DNA from: Candidatus Multivoradales bacterium | GTDB lineage: Bacteria > Acidobacteriota > Thermoanaerobaculia > Multivoradales > J023 | Length of the DNA: 64,000 nucleotides | NCBI GenBank assembly: GCA_965248925.1 | Contig: CBDFLE010000005.1 | Coordinates: 2,016,001 to 2,080,000, forward strand | Reading direction: 5' to 3' | Part shown: positions 29,473 through 38,700 of the stretch, piece after piece | Position numbering within the stretch: position 1 is the stretch's first letter | Layout of the letters: each line of letters opens with the position of its first letter | Made by a program: the position numbers and the translations under genes | Notes under the pieces: model-generated | Databases searched by the model: none | Told to the model about the DNA's origin: nothing | The model's input: the letters and a program-made list of their open reading frames with translations, nothing else

Positions 29473-30149
29473 TGCTCGTTCTCCGCGGAGTCTTCTTTTG
29501 CTACTAGATACCCGAGGCCGCGTACTGTCTGGACCAGATCGCGCCCCAGCTTGCGACGAATCCGAGACACGAAGACCTCGATCGTGTTGGAGTCGCGATC
29601 GAAGTCCTGAGCGTAGATGTGTTCGGTCAGCTCGCTACCCGACACGACTCGTCCGACGTTGTGTAGGAGGTAGCGAAGGATCTTGAGTTCGTACGCGGTC
29701 AGGCGCACCCGCTCGCCGTCGCGGCGTACCTCGAGCGACCGAGTGTCCAGGGTGACCGGACCGTGCCGAAGCTCGGGCGAGCCGGTACCCCGAGCCCTTC
29801 TGAGAAGGGCGCGCAGCCGAGCGAGTAACTCCGCCATCTCGAACGGCTTCGGGAGATAGTCGTCGGCACCCGCATCAATTCCTGCTACGCGCTCATGCCA
29901 GCGTCCACGCGCGGTGAGAATCAGCACAGGTGTGGACACGCCGTTGGCTCTCCAATGATTCAGAACTTTGAGCCCATCGACCTTCGGCAGGCCGAGATCC
30001 AACACGATCGCGTCATAGGGCTCGGTCTCCCCGAGGTACCGTGCCTCCTCGCCGTCCCCAGCCACGTCGACAGCATAGCCTTCCGCGGAGATCCTCGCGG
30101 TCAACTGCTCCGCGAGCCGTTCCTCGTCTTCCACAACCAGCACCCGCAT
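29469..30149 (-). CDS. OmpR/PhoP-family response regulator
   Basis: MRVLVVEDE, LDLGLP, GADDYLPKPF and SNTIEVFVSRIRRKL..TVRGLGY. Confidence 0.95.
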   Translation of the reverse strand: MRVLVVEDEERLAEQLTARISAEGYAVDVAGDGEEARYLGETEPYDAIVLDLGLPKVDGLKVLNHWRANGVSTPVLILTARGRWHERVAGIDAGADDYLPKPFEMAELLARLRALLRRARGTGSPELRHGPVTLDTRSLEVRRDGERVRLTAYELKILRYLLHNVGRVVSGSELTEHIYAQDFDRDSNTIEVFVSRIRRKLGRDLVQTVRGLGYLVAKEDSAENEQ

Positions 30150-30271
30150 CGGCGCAGTATACAAGCCCCGACCGGCTCTCTTCCTTGGTGCCGGTCACCG
30201 CCTGGAGCCCGTTCAGCGGCCAGAGCCCTCCGCAGCGGGTGGCACCCTCTCTGCAGGCACCCTCTCTGCAG

Positions 30272-30441
30272 CTGGCTCGCCGGAATCTCTAGGGGCGCGG
30301 GGCTTGCGCTCGTCTTCGATCTCCGAACCAACGGGCGCAAGCCGTGCGCCCCTACAAGATTCTTTCCACAGATCGCCTGTAAAAATCAGGGATCCAGCTT
30401 GCTCGCCGGCCGGTTGTCAACCCACAGCACCCCGTCACGAA
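30272..30441 (+). repeat. ~170-bp imperfect direct repeat, copy 2; includes the fecR 3' end and a REP doublet
   Basis: ctggctcgccggaatctctaggggcgc...gcgcccctacaaga...ccggccggttgtcaacccacagcaccccgtcacgaa matches 27348-27518. Confidence 0.85.
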
Positions 30442-31414
30442 TCTGGTGAGAAAAACCGCTACCGCGCAGCACCACCTGCAAGGCCTGATCGCGATCGAGC
30501 CCGGCGAGTGATCCGTAGAGCACTGCCGTAGCAGCGGCGCGCTCACTCTCGGCGCTGGAATAGAGAATGCGCCAGCCCGCTTCTTGAGCCACGAAGTCGA
30601 GAAAGGAGGCCAGGGTAGCGCCTTCGATATCGGGCAGCGCAGCCGCCCGCCAAGTCCAGCTCCAGACCTCGTCCCAGGGCTCGGTCGCGCCGCGGTGCAA
30701 TGCTCCGTTGGCGGCAACCTCCAATTCCCCGCCTGCCGCCACTTCAACCGTTTCTCCGGCCGGCCGCTCGAGCAGCACCAAGCCGTCGCGGACCCGCAAA
30801 CGCAAGCCGCCAGCGCTGTCCAGGCGGGCTTCGAAACGGGTGCCGATATCTCGCACCAAGCCGGCTGGAGTCCACAGCTCAAGGGCCGCGGCCGAGCCAA
30901 CGGGTGAATCCACCGCCACGTAGACCGCACCGCGCAGCAGGCGGGCACCACGCCTGCCGGTGAGTTGCAGCTCGCTCGCCGCGTCGAGACGCAGCTCCGC
31001 GCCGCCAGCAAGCTGCAACGCGACATGGCCGGCCGCACCGGTAGTAATTCGCGTTCCGGCCGCAAGATCTTCACCCACCACCACCTGCCCGTCGAGCAGC
31101 ACTTCCCCGTTCACCACTGCCAAAGTTGCCGCTGGCGAATCCAAAACGCTCCGCAGCCACAACACTGTCCCCAGGGCCACCAGCAGGCTGGCAGCCAGTG
31201 CCACCAACGCCGAGCCATACCGCCAACGCCGGGCCGCCAGGCGCTGACGCCAAACCTGGCGGGTGGCCCGCCGAACCTGCTCGACTTCGAATTCCGACAT
31301 AGCGAGAAGCGGCTTGGCAGTTTCAGCGATTCCCCCACCGAGCAAGCTGTCCAAGCGGTGCTCGTCGGCGCTGGTCCAGGAATCCGTGGTGATTTCGTGC
31401 TGTTCCTTCATCAT
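30386..31414 (-). CDS. FecR-family anti-sigma / transmembrane sensor
   Basis: Single TM helix (ALAASLLVALG), LRLDAAS, LLRGAVYV, VRDIGTRFE and VRDGLV. Confidence 0.85.
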   Translation of the reverse strand: MMKEQHEITTDSWTSADEHRLDSLLGGGIAETAKPLLAMSEFEVEQVRRATRQVWRQRLAARRWRYGSALVALAASLLVALGTVLWLRSVLDSPAATLAVVNGEVLLDGQVVVGEDLAAGTRITTGAAGHVALQLAGGAELRLDAASELQLTGRRGARLLRGAVYVAVDSPVGSAAALELWTPAGLVRDIGTRFEARLDSAGGLRLRVRDGLVLLERPAGETVEVAAGGELEVAANGALHRGATEPWDEVWSWTWRAAALPDIEGATLASFLDFVAQEAGWRILYSSAESERAAATAVLYGSLAGLDRDQALQVVLRGSGFSHQIRDGVLWVDNRPASKLDP

Positions 31415-31455
31415 CTTTCTCGATAGAAACTACTGACGTCTTACTACCGGTAACT

Positions 31456-32040
31456 TTAACTACCGGCCCACGTGCCACCGAGTTCGCGGTACTTGCGGCG
31501 AAAGGCCAACCGCGCGCGGGTCAGCAGCGACTCCACCGCTTTAGCTCCGCTCTGCAGACGCTGGCTGATCTCCTTGACTGCCAGCCTGTCGGTGTACTTC
31601 CACTGCAACACCTGTCGGTAGTGATCAGGCAACTCAGCCAATGAACGGCGGACCCTCTGCGAGCGATCACGGCGCTCAAGATCCGCTGCTGGATCGTCCA
31701 GCTCGACGGAGAAGGCATCGTCACCCGAGCGCCGCTCGAGCACATCCTCCGCCGACTCCCCGACAAAGCGGCCCTCGCGGCGCCGATAGGCACTGATCTC
31801 GAAGCGACAAACCGCCCGCAACCAGCTCGCCAGCGGGGCCTCACCACGATAGGTGTGAAGTTTCTCCACCGCCTTGCAGAAAGTTGCTTGCACCAGTTCG
31901 CGAGCGAGCTCGCGGTCATTGCCGACCTGCGACATGGCATAAGCGAAGAGGCGCTGCGTGTTGGCCTCGAAAAGCTGCTCGAAAGCAGCTTCGTCACCGC
32001 TTATCACCCGCCGAGCCAGGGAGAGATCCTCATGCGCCAT
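31456..32040 (-). CDS. ECF sigma factor, FecR partner
   Basis: ELVQATF..YRGEAPLASWL and KEISQRL..KAVESLLTRAR. Confidence 0.92.
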   Translation of the reverse strand: MAHEDLSLARRVISGDEAAFEQLFEANTQRLFAYAMSQVGNDRELARELVQATFCKAVEKLHTYRGEAPLASWLRAVCRFEISAYRRREGRFVGESAEDVLERRSGDDAFSVELDDPAADLERRDRSQRVRRSLAELPDHYRQVLQWKYTDRLAVKEISQRLQSGAKAVESLLTRARLAFRRKYRELGGTWAGS

Positions 32041-32209
32041 CTTCTAGATCGTGCTCCGAAATCGGCTGTTCTACAACTGAGAGTCGCAACTGCTGGAAAT
32101 CCTCTGTTCGAGCCTAGCCCGATTTGCTACCGCAGGGCAAAGTAAGCCCGCCGCCAGCTACAATCTGCGCTAAGATTGCCCCCCCCCCCAACCCGCCCGG
32201 AGGCAGCGG

Positions 32210-33430
32210 ATGGCCCGCAAGCTCTATCCCATCATCAGCATCGACCAAGCCGTGCGCTTGTGGTTCGAGCGTCAAGGTCTGAGTCAGCCGCGGGGCAGTA
32301 CACCGCTGAGCCGGAAATCGCTCAACACCCACCTCGAACGCACCGGCGCGCTGCAGCTCGACTCGGTCAACGTACTTGATCGGGCACATTACCTGACCCT
32401 GTGGAGCCGCTTCGGGAACTACTCCCGCCAGCAGCTCGACAGCTGGCTCTATGAGGACCAACTGGGCTACGAGTATTGGGGTCACGAGGCTTCAATTCTG
32501 CCCATCTCCCAGCTGCCGATCAGCCGGCGACGGATGCGACGTTTTCCGCCAGCGAGCTGGTGCGACAGTTCCTGGTGGTCGGTCTACAGCACTTCCACGG
32601 CATCCAAACGGCGAGTTCTGCGACGGCTGCGCGAACACGGCGCGCAGGAGAGTTCAGATTTCAAGCGCCGGCCGGATGAGAATGGCCAGATCCTGGGCTG
32701 GGGAGCGCCGGTGACCAAGGAAGACAAGCGCACCCTGAAACTTCTGTGGCACGCCGGCAAGGTGGCGGTCGCCGGACGCCGTCATTTCCGCTGCGTCTAC
32801 GATCTCGCCGAGCGGATCTACCCTGAAGGCGAAGCCCGCAGCAGCACCGAGCTGGCCGACAATTGGCTACTGACCGGCCTGTCAGGCAACGGCATCGCCA
32901 GCGAACGTCAGCTGATCAACTACTTCACTGAATCCGAGCCGAAGAAAGAGCAACGGCGGCGGATCCTGACTCGCAACTTGAAAAGTGGCCGCATCGTCGA
33001 GGTGCGGCTCAGCGGCAGGCCGGAGCCTTACTTCGCTCTGCCCGAGCACCTCGAAGGACTCGACCAGCTACCGCCGCCCCACGGCACCACCCTGATCTGC
33101 CCCTTCGACTCCCTGCTCTGGCAACGCCGCCGCGCCGAAGAGCTGCTGGGCTTTACCTACCGCGTAGAGATCTACGTACCGCCAAAAAAGCGCCAGTACG
33201 GCTACTACGTTCTGCCCATCTTGCACCAAGGTCGGCTGGTCGGCCGGCTCGATCCCAAGCTGCGTCGCGACCGCGGTGAGCTGGAGATCAAGGCGATTTA
33301 CCTTGAGCCCGAGGTGGACCGCGATCGGCGTCTCGATCAGGGTCTGGCCTCTGCCCTTGACAGCCTGCGGCGGTTCAGCGGCGCGGAGCACTTGCGACTG
33401 CCAAGAGGCTGGCGCCAGCTCGATCGCTGA
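32210..33430 (+). CDS. ycaQ: YcaQ/AlkZ-like (HTH_42) DNA crosslink glycosylase
   Basis: LQLDSVNV (QxD), EYWGHEAS, PFDSLLW.R and YRVEIYVP..KRQYGYYVLPIL..GRLDPK. Confidence 0.88.
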   Translation: MARKLYPIISIDQAVRLWFERQGLSQPRGSTPLSRKSLNTHLERTGALQLDSVNVLDRAHYLTLWSRFGNYSRQQLDSWLYEDQLGYEYWGHEASILPISQLPISRRRMRRFPPASWCDSSWWSVYSTSTASKRRVLRRLREHGAQESSDFKRRPDENGQILGWGAPVTKEDKRTLKLLWHAGKVAVAGRRHFRCVYDLAERIYPEGEARSSTELADNWLLTGLSGNGIASERQLINYFTESEPKKEQRRRILTRNLKSGRIVEVRLSGRPEPYFALPEHLEGLDQLPPPHGTTLICPFDSLLWQRRRAEELLGFTYRVEIYVPPKKRQYGYYVLPILHQGRLVGRLDPKLRRDRGELEIKAIYLEPEVDRDRRLDQGLASALDSLRRFSGAEHLRLPRGWRQLDR

Positions 33431-33506
33431 GCGACCGAACCGACCGACACTTGGTACCGACGTGCTAAACTAGTCGGCGGTTGTCACTGAACCGAGGCCG
33501 CTTTCC

Positions 33507-34598
33507 ATGCGTCGAATCTCTGCCAAGAAACAGGGCTCAGAGCCCGCGCGCAAGCCGACCTCCGCGACCCGCCATACCCCCTTCGACCGATCAGCCGCCT
33601 CGGCACCGGACCTGCTCCTGCGCCGGGCCGAGTACCTGGGCCACCACGTCCGGCCAAATCGCCAGAGTCAGGATTCACGGCTACAACGTCAGCCGGTGTA
33701 CCACAAGCCACTTGCCGGTATCGCCAGCGACAAGACCGAGGAACAAGGCCTCAAGCAAGCCAAGCTGATCGACAAGCAAGTCGACAAGGCTTATGAAGAG
33801 TTCATGGGAGGCAACTACAAAGGCGCCAGCGATGCCCAGATTGAACTCTACTTGCTGCGCAAGCATCAGTTAGACAACGGCGAGAAAACGATGCACCCAT
33901 CGACCGCTGCCGGCTATGTGATCGAAGGCAAAGTCAACTCAGTGATCGAATCCTGGAAGGGTGTCAGCACCCAGGTCACCGACGCCCTGCCAGGCACCCG
34001 CCCGGATGTCAGCATCGACCTCGGCGACGGTGTTTTCGCCTTAGTCGACATCACCGCCTCGAACAGCGCCGGACACATCCTAAACAAGAAAGGAAATTGG
34101 CTGAACCATAAGAATATCCCAGTGGTCATCGAGTCGGTCTATCCGAGCATCGATTTCAGCACGATGAAGAAGATCAAACTGTCCGCTGAGCAACTCGAGC
34201 AAGTACATAAGCGAATCGCCGAAGACAAAGAAGCCAAGGCCCTCGCTCAAGCCGAACTCCAGGCGCAGATGGAGCAAGCCCACACTGAGCGCCAGAACGT
34301 GCTGATCAACAAGCTGAGCGAAGCGATGATGGCCTTCAGAGTCCGCAAGCGAGGCAACCGGACCGAGCTTGAGATCAAGAAGAAGGGTCGCACTCAGGCA
34401 CTGTGGAACGCCTGTGGTCTGGTGGTCGAGATCAATACCCGCGCGGGTTTCACCGACCTCGGCTCACCCAAGGAATGGGACGCCCAACGGATCCCTTACG
34501 CAGACTGGATCGATACCGTCGAAGATCGCACCGAATTGCGGAAGAAGGCCGCGCTCCTGCTCGGCGGTCTCAACCGGACACTTCGCCAGCTGAATTGA
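33507..34598 (+). CDS. Hypothetical protein; candidate eCIS cargo with a PD-(D/E)xK-like nuclease motif
   Basis: Clean 363-aa Lys-rich ORF with a disordered N-terminus ending LGHH...LQRQP, then GYVIE...TRPD...VDIT. Confidence 0.6.
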   Translation: MRRISAKKQGSEPARKPTSATRHTPFDRSAASAPDLLLRRAEYLGHHVRPNRQSQDSRLQRQPVYHKPLAGIASDKTEEQGLKQAKLIDKQVDKAYEEFMGGNYKGASDAQIELYLLRKHQLDNGEKTMHPSTAAGYVIEGKVNSVIESWKGVSTQVTDALPGTRPDVSIDLGDGVFALVDITASNSAGHILNKKGNWLNHKNIPVVIESVYPSIDFSTMKKIKLSAEQLEQVHKRIAEDKEAKALAQAELQAQMEQAHTERQNVLINKLSEAMMAFRVRKRGNRTELEIKKKGRTQALWNACGLVVEINTRAGFTDLGSPKEWDAQRIPYADWIDTVEDRTELRKKAALLLGGLNRTLRQLN

Positions 34599-34736
34599 AA
34601 CCGCGCTGACACCTCGAGCCTTCCCCCTGCCAAGCCAACGAAGGTATCTTCGGCCACAATCTGGAGATCTGAGCCCACGAAGTCGCACCGACAACAACGC
34701 TGCCGGCCATCTGATCGGCAATGAAAGGCCGACAGA

Positions 34737-35189
34737 TCAGGTAGTGTTGCCGTCCAACAAACGCACTTGCAAGCTGTCGTCCGCCGGTCGCCGCTGCAGG
34801 ATCTGGCGCATCTTCTGGTCAGCTTGATCGCGACTGGCATAGACGCCGATACGAACAACGTAGAGCACGCTGGCGTCGCCTTGCTCAACTTGCACGATTG
34901 ACGGCGAGAACGATCCCAGCTCACGCTGGCGGGCAGCCGCGTTCTGCCAGTCCGAGTAGGCGCCGGCCTGGATGGTGAAATCACCACTAATCGACGGATC
35001 GAGGCCCGACCAGGCGGCGATCGGCAAAGCCTGTACCGGTGAAGAGCTGGTGGTCTCGGCGGGCAACAAGGTGCGCTCGACATAATGCTGCCCGATCAAG
35101 AAGCCACCGGTGAACAGCACCGCACTGCCCAGCAGCAGGCCTACCGTGACCCTTGCCAAGGATCGCTTGTCGAAGACGAAGGCGTACAT
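34737..35189 (-). CDS. Membrane-anchored SPOR-domain protein
   Basis: One N-terminal TM helix; FTIQAGAY..NA and YVVRIGVY.SR..A SPOR motifs. Confidence 0.8.
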   Translation of the reverse strand: MYAFVFDKRSLARVTVGLLLGSAVLFTGGFLIGQHYVERTLLPAETTSSSPVQALPIAAWSGLDPSISGDFTIQAGAYSDWQNAAARQRELGSFSPSIVQVEQGDASVLYVVRIGVYASRDQADQKMRQILQRRPADDSLQVRLLDGNTT

Positions 35190-35635
35190 TCAGGATACTC
35201 GCACTTGGAAAAATCTATCGCTATTTCCCTATATACAGCGAATTCTCCCCACCAGGGAAGATCAGCTAGCGACGGACCGAAAGCCGGTGAAATCAGCGGC
35301 ATAGCACTCCGCGAACTGAACCAACATAGCGCAGCATTGTAGAGCATCTGGCCGCCGACGCCTAATAGACCAGCAACCTTCGCCGTCCCTCACGAGTCTT
35401 ACCGTGGATTCGAGCCTCCCCCGCGGTCCGCTCTCCAACATGAGGATTGAAGCCCGAAGAGTAGATCGAGGAGTCTCAATATCTTGGAGATTGGACCACT
35501 AGAAGTTCTTGAGATACACCTTTAATAGCAAACTCCACTGTGAATGCCAACATATTCGCAACTACCGTCACGCCAAGGGCGCTGTGTAGGTTCTCAGAAG
35601 AATCTACAAAAAAGGCCCAAACACGCTCCATGCCC

Positions 35636-35665
35636 TTGACGAGATTCGTTGCTAAGTAGGATACT
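35636..35665 (+). promoter_or_regulatory. Possible sigma-70-type promoter of the eCIS operon
   Basis: TTGACG at 35636, with TAGGAT (15-bp spacer) or GATACT (18-bp spacer), in a lower-GC 600-bp divergent intergenic region. The spacing is not optimal. Confidence 0.3.
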
Positions 35666-35797
35666 CGCCCACCTATTCATAGGTAGGCGAGCAATCCTGA
35701 AGTGCTGGCGAGAGTTCTCGCATAGGCAACTCGGTGGGTGAGACGGGCGGATGGAAACTGGTACTAGGGATCCTCACTAAACGTCTTTGGAGGACCC

Positions 35798-38700
35798 ATG
35801 CCCATCCGAGTCTCGTACCCTGGCGTCTACGTTCAAGAGATTCCCGGCGGCCAGCCGGTCACCGCCGGTGTTTCCACGGCCAGCACTGCTTTTATCGACT
35901 TCTTTTCCCGCGGACCGATGGAAAAGGCCAAGCAGGTGTTCAGCATGGCCGAGGTCAATCGCAGCTTCGGCGGTTTACATTTACGCAGTGAGGCCAGCTA
36001 CGGCCTCAAGCAGTACTTCTTGAACGGCGGCCAGGAGGCCTGGATCGTCCGCGCCACCGACGGCACCGCGATCAAAGCGCTGCTCGACGTCAAGGTCAAC
36101 ACTCCCGGCTTGGATGTCCGCTTTCAATGGGCAACCGATTCCGCCGACGCCGCCGACAAGGCACAGCAGGCCGCGAAGCGCGCCGCCGAAAAGGCCAAAG
36201 ATGCGCTGACCGCGCTGGCGGCCGCGGTGAACGATCAGCAACGCACCCAGGGTGGCGGCGACTTGCGCAGCGCCACCACCGAGTCCGCCGACGAAACCTA
36301 CAAGGCGACCGCCGCCACCCGAGCCGCCGCCGAGCAGGCCAAGGCATCCAGTGACGAGCTGGCCATCGCCATCGCCGCCTTGGCGGCCGCCTCCGGGCCG
36401 GTCGCCGATCGCACCGCCCAAGCCGCCGAGCACACCGCCCAGGCCGCCGCCGCCTCGAGCGATGCCGCCAAGACCACTCCGGCGGTGATCGCCGCCGCCC
36501 AGAAAGCGGTCGAGGTGGCCAAGAAGGGGCTCAGTGCGGGCCAGTCCTCGCGCACCGCGCAAACTGCCGCCAAAACCCTCGCCGACCTGCAAACCGCGGT
36601 CGACGCCGCCAAGGCGGCGATCGCCACGGTTACCGCCGAGGAGACCGCGGTTACCGACGCTGGTGACAACTTGGTCGCTAGCAAGGGTGCCGCTTACAAC
36701 GCCGCGGTCGCCGCCGAGGACGCGGTGGCGCAAGCCGATACCGCTGCTCGCGAAGCATTGAGCGTCGCCAAGACGGTCTACGAGCACCACAAAGCCGCCG
36801 GCAACGACGACGACGCCAAAGCCGCCAAGGAGGATGTCGACGCCGCTAGCGACAGCGAACAAATCACAACCCTGGCGACCGCCGCCAACGCCGCCGCCGA
36901 GGCTCAGCTTGACTCGCAAACGATCATGGAGACGGCCGACGCCACCGCTGCTGCGACCAAGGCCAAAGGCGCCGCGGACCAGGCCAAGTCAGTGATCGAC
37001 AAGGTCGAGACAATCGCCGCCAAGGGTCTCACGTCAGTGCTCACCATGGCCTCCGAGGCCGCCGACACCAGTGCCACGCTGGCGGTGAAAGAGGGTGATG
37101 GCACCGTCGGCGAGGCGGTCAAGGCGGCCAATAAGGAGATCCTCAAGGCCAATGCCGCCGCCAAGGCGGCATTGGTGGCCTGCAAGCTGACCTCCGACGA
37201 CGCTAAGGTCGCGGCCAGCTGCGTCGGCTCGGCAAAGGTCAACCTCGACGCTCGCGGCGCCATCGCCGGAGCCGAGAAAGCCGCCGCCGACACCATCGAG
37301 ACGTTGAAGGCCGCCAAAGTCATCACGGCGCAGCTCAACAAGGCCCTGATCCTTGCGCTCGATTCGACCAAGCCGGCCGTCGAGTCCGCCGCCGCCGCGA
37401 CGGCCGCGGGTGGCAATGCCGACCTCTCGATCAACGAAAAGATAAAGGCCGCGGCGGCTGCCGCCCAAGCGGCGCTCAACGCCGCCAACAACTGCGTCGC
37501 CGCTGCCGAAGCTGTCGAAAAAGCAGCCACCGAAGTGTCGAGAGTCGCTCTTCAGGCGACTACCGCTGCCGACCTGGCGGCACGGGCAGCCAAGGTTGCG
37601 GTCGCCGCCAACAAAGAGGCCAGTCAACCGCCGACCCTGCGCATCGCCGCCGCCAACGAGGGCATCTGGGGCGACAACATCCAGGTCGAGATCAAGGTCG
37701 ACGGGGCTAACTTCTCGCTGGTGGTCACCGAATACCTCACCGAGCGCGGCGTCACCCGCCAGGTGGGACAGGAGAATTACAGCAGCCTCAACCTGGAGAA
37801 GGGCGAGAACACCTACGCCATCCCGGTGGTCAACGACCAGAGCGATCTAGTGTCGCTCGACTACATTGGCCTGATGGTCTCGGGGGCCTACCCCGCCGAC
37901 ATCGATGGCGAGTTCCTCAACGGCGGCGATGATGGCGGCCACGCCGACGCCACCCAGCTGACCGGTGCCGACGGCGCCATGTCGGCGCTTGAGGATATCC
38001 AGCCCTATATCTTCAATCTGCTCAGCCTGCCTTCCGTAGCCAACATGCCGGCCGCCGAGGCCAGCGTGGCCACCGCCAATGCCCAGGTCTACTGCGGCGA
38101 GAAGCGAGCCTTTTACATTGTCGACATTCCGGAAATCGTCGACGATACCGACAAGATGCTCGAATGGGTCAACAGCTACGGCAACGCCCAGGCCTATTAC
38201 ATGGCGGTGTATTACCCTCGGTTGGTGATTCCCGATCCGCTGCAGGACTTCCGAGAACGCAATGTCGGTCCCAGTGGCACTTTGGCCGGCATCTACTCCC
38301 GCACCGACACCGCTCGCGGGGTGTGGAAAGCGCCAGCTGGAATCAACGCCGTGCTGCAAGGTGCCCAGGTGTCGTCCAAGGTCACCGACATTCAGAACGG
38401 GCTGCTCAATCCACGCGGCGTCAATGTGCTGCGGACCTTCCCCATCTACGGCAACATCAGCTGGGGAGCCCGCACACTGGCTGGTGCCGACGCACTGTCG
38501 AGCGAGTGGAAGTACATCAGTGTTCGCCGCTTGGTCAACTACATCGAGGAGAGCCTCTTCCAGAGCCTCAAATGGGCCGTCTTCGAGCCCAACAACGATG
38601 TGCTGTGGGCCAAGATCCGCTCGCAGATCGCCACTTTCCTCTCCAGCTTGTTCTCACAGGGTGCGTTCCAGGGCGCCGGCGAGGGCAGCGCCTACTTCGT

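Noticed and set aside
35706-35722. Sigma-54 promoter (TGGC...GC) upstream of the sheath gene
   Set aside because: The GG-to-GC spacing is one base off the strict -24/-12 requirement.
35981-37627. Long antisense ORFs over the sheath insertion as separate inserted genes
   Set aside because: They are expected shadows of GCC-rich Ala codons, have no recognisable motifs, and the plus frame is continuous.
36130-37627. Sheath insertion as an intein or mobile element
   Set aside because: No Cys/Ser...His-Asn splice junctions, LAGLIDADG motifs, transposase motifs or terminal repeats were seen.
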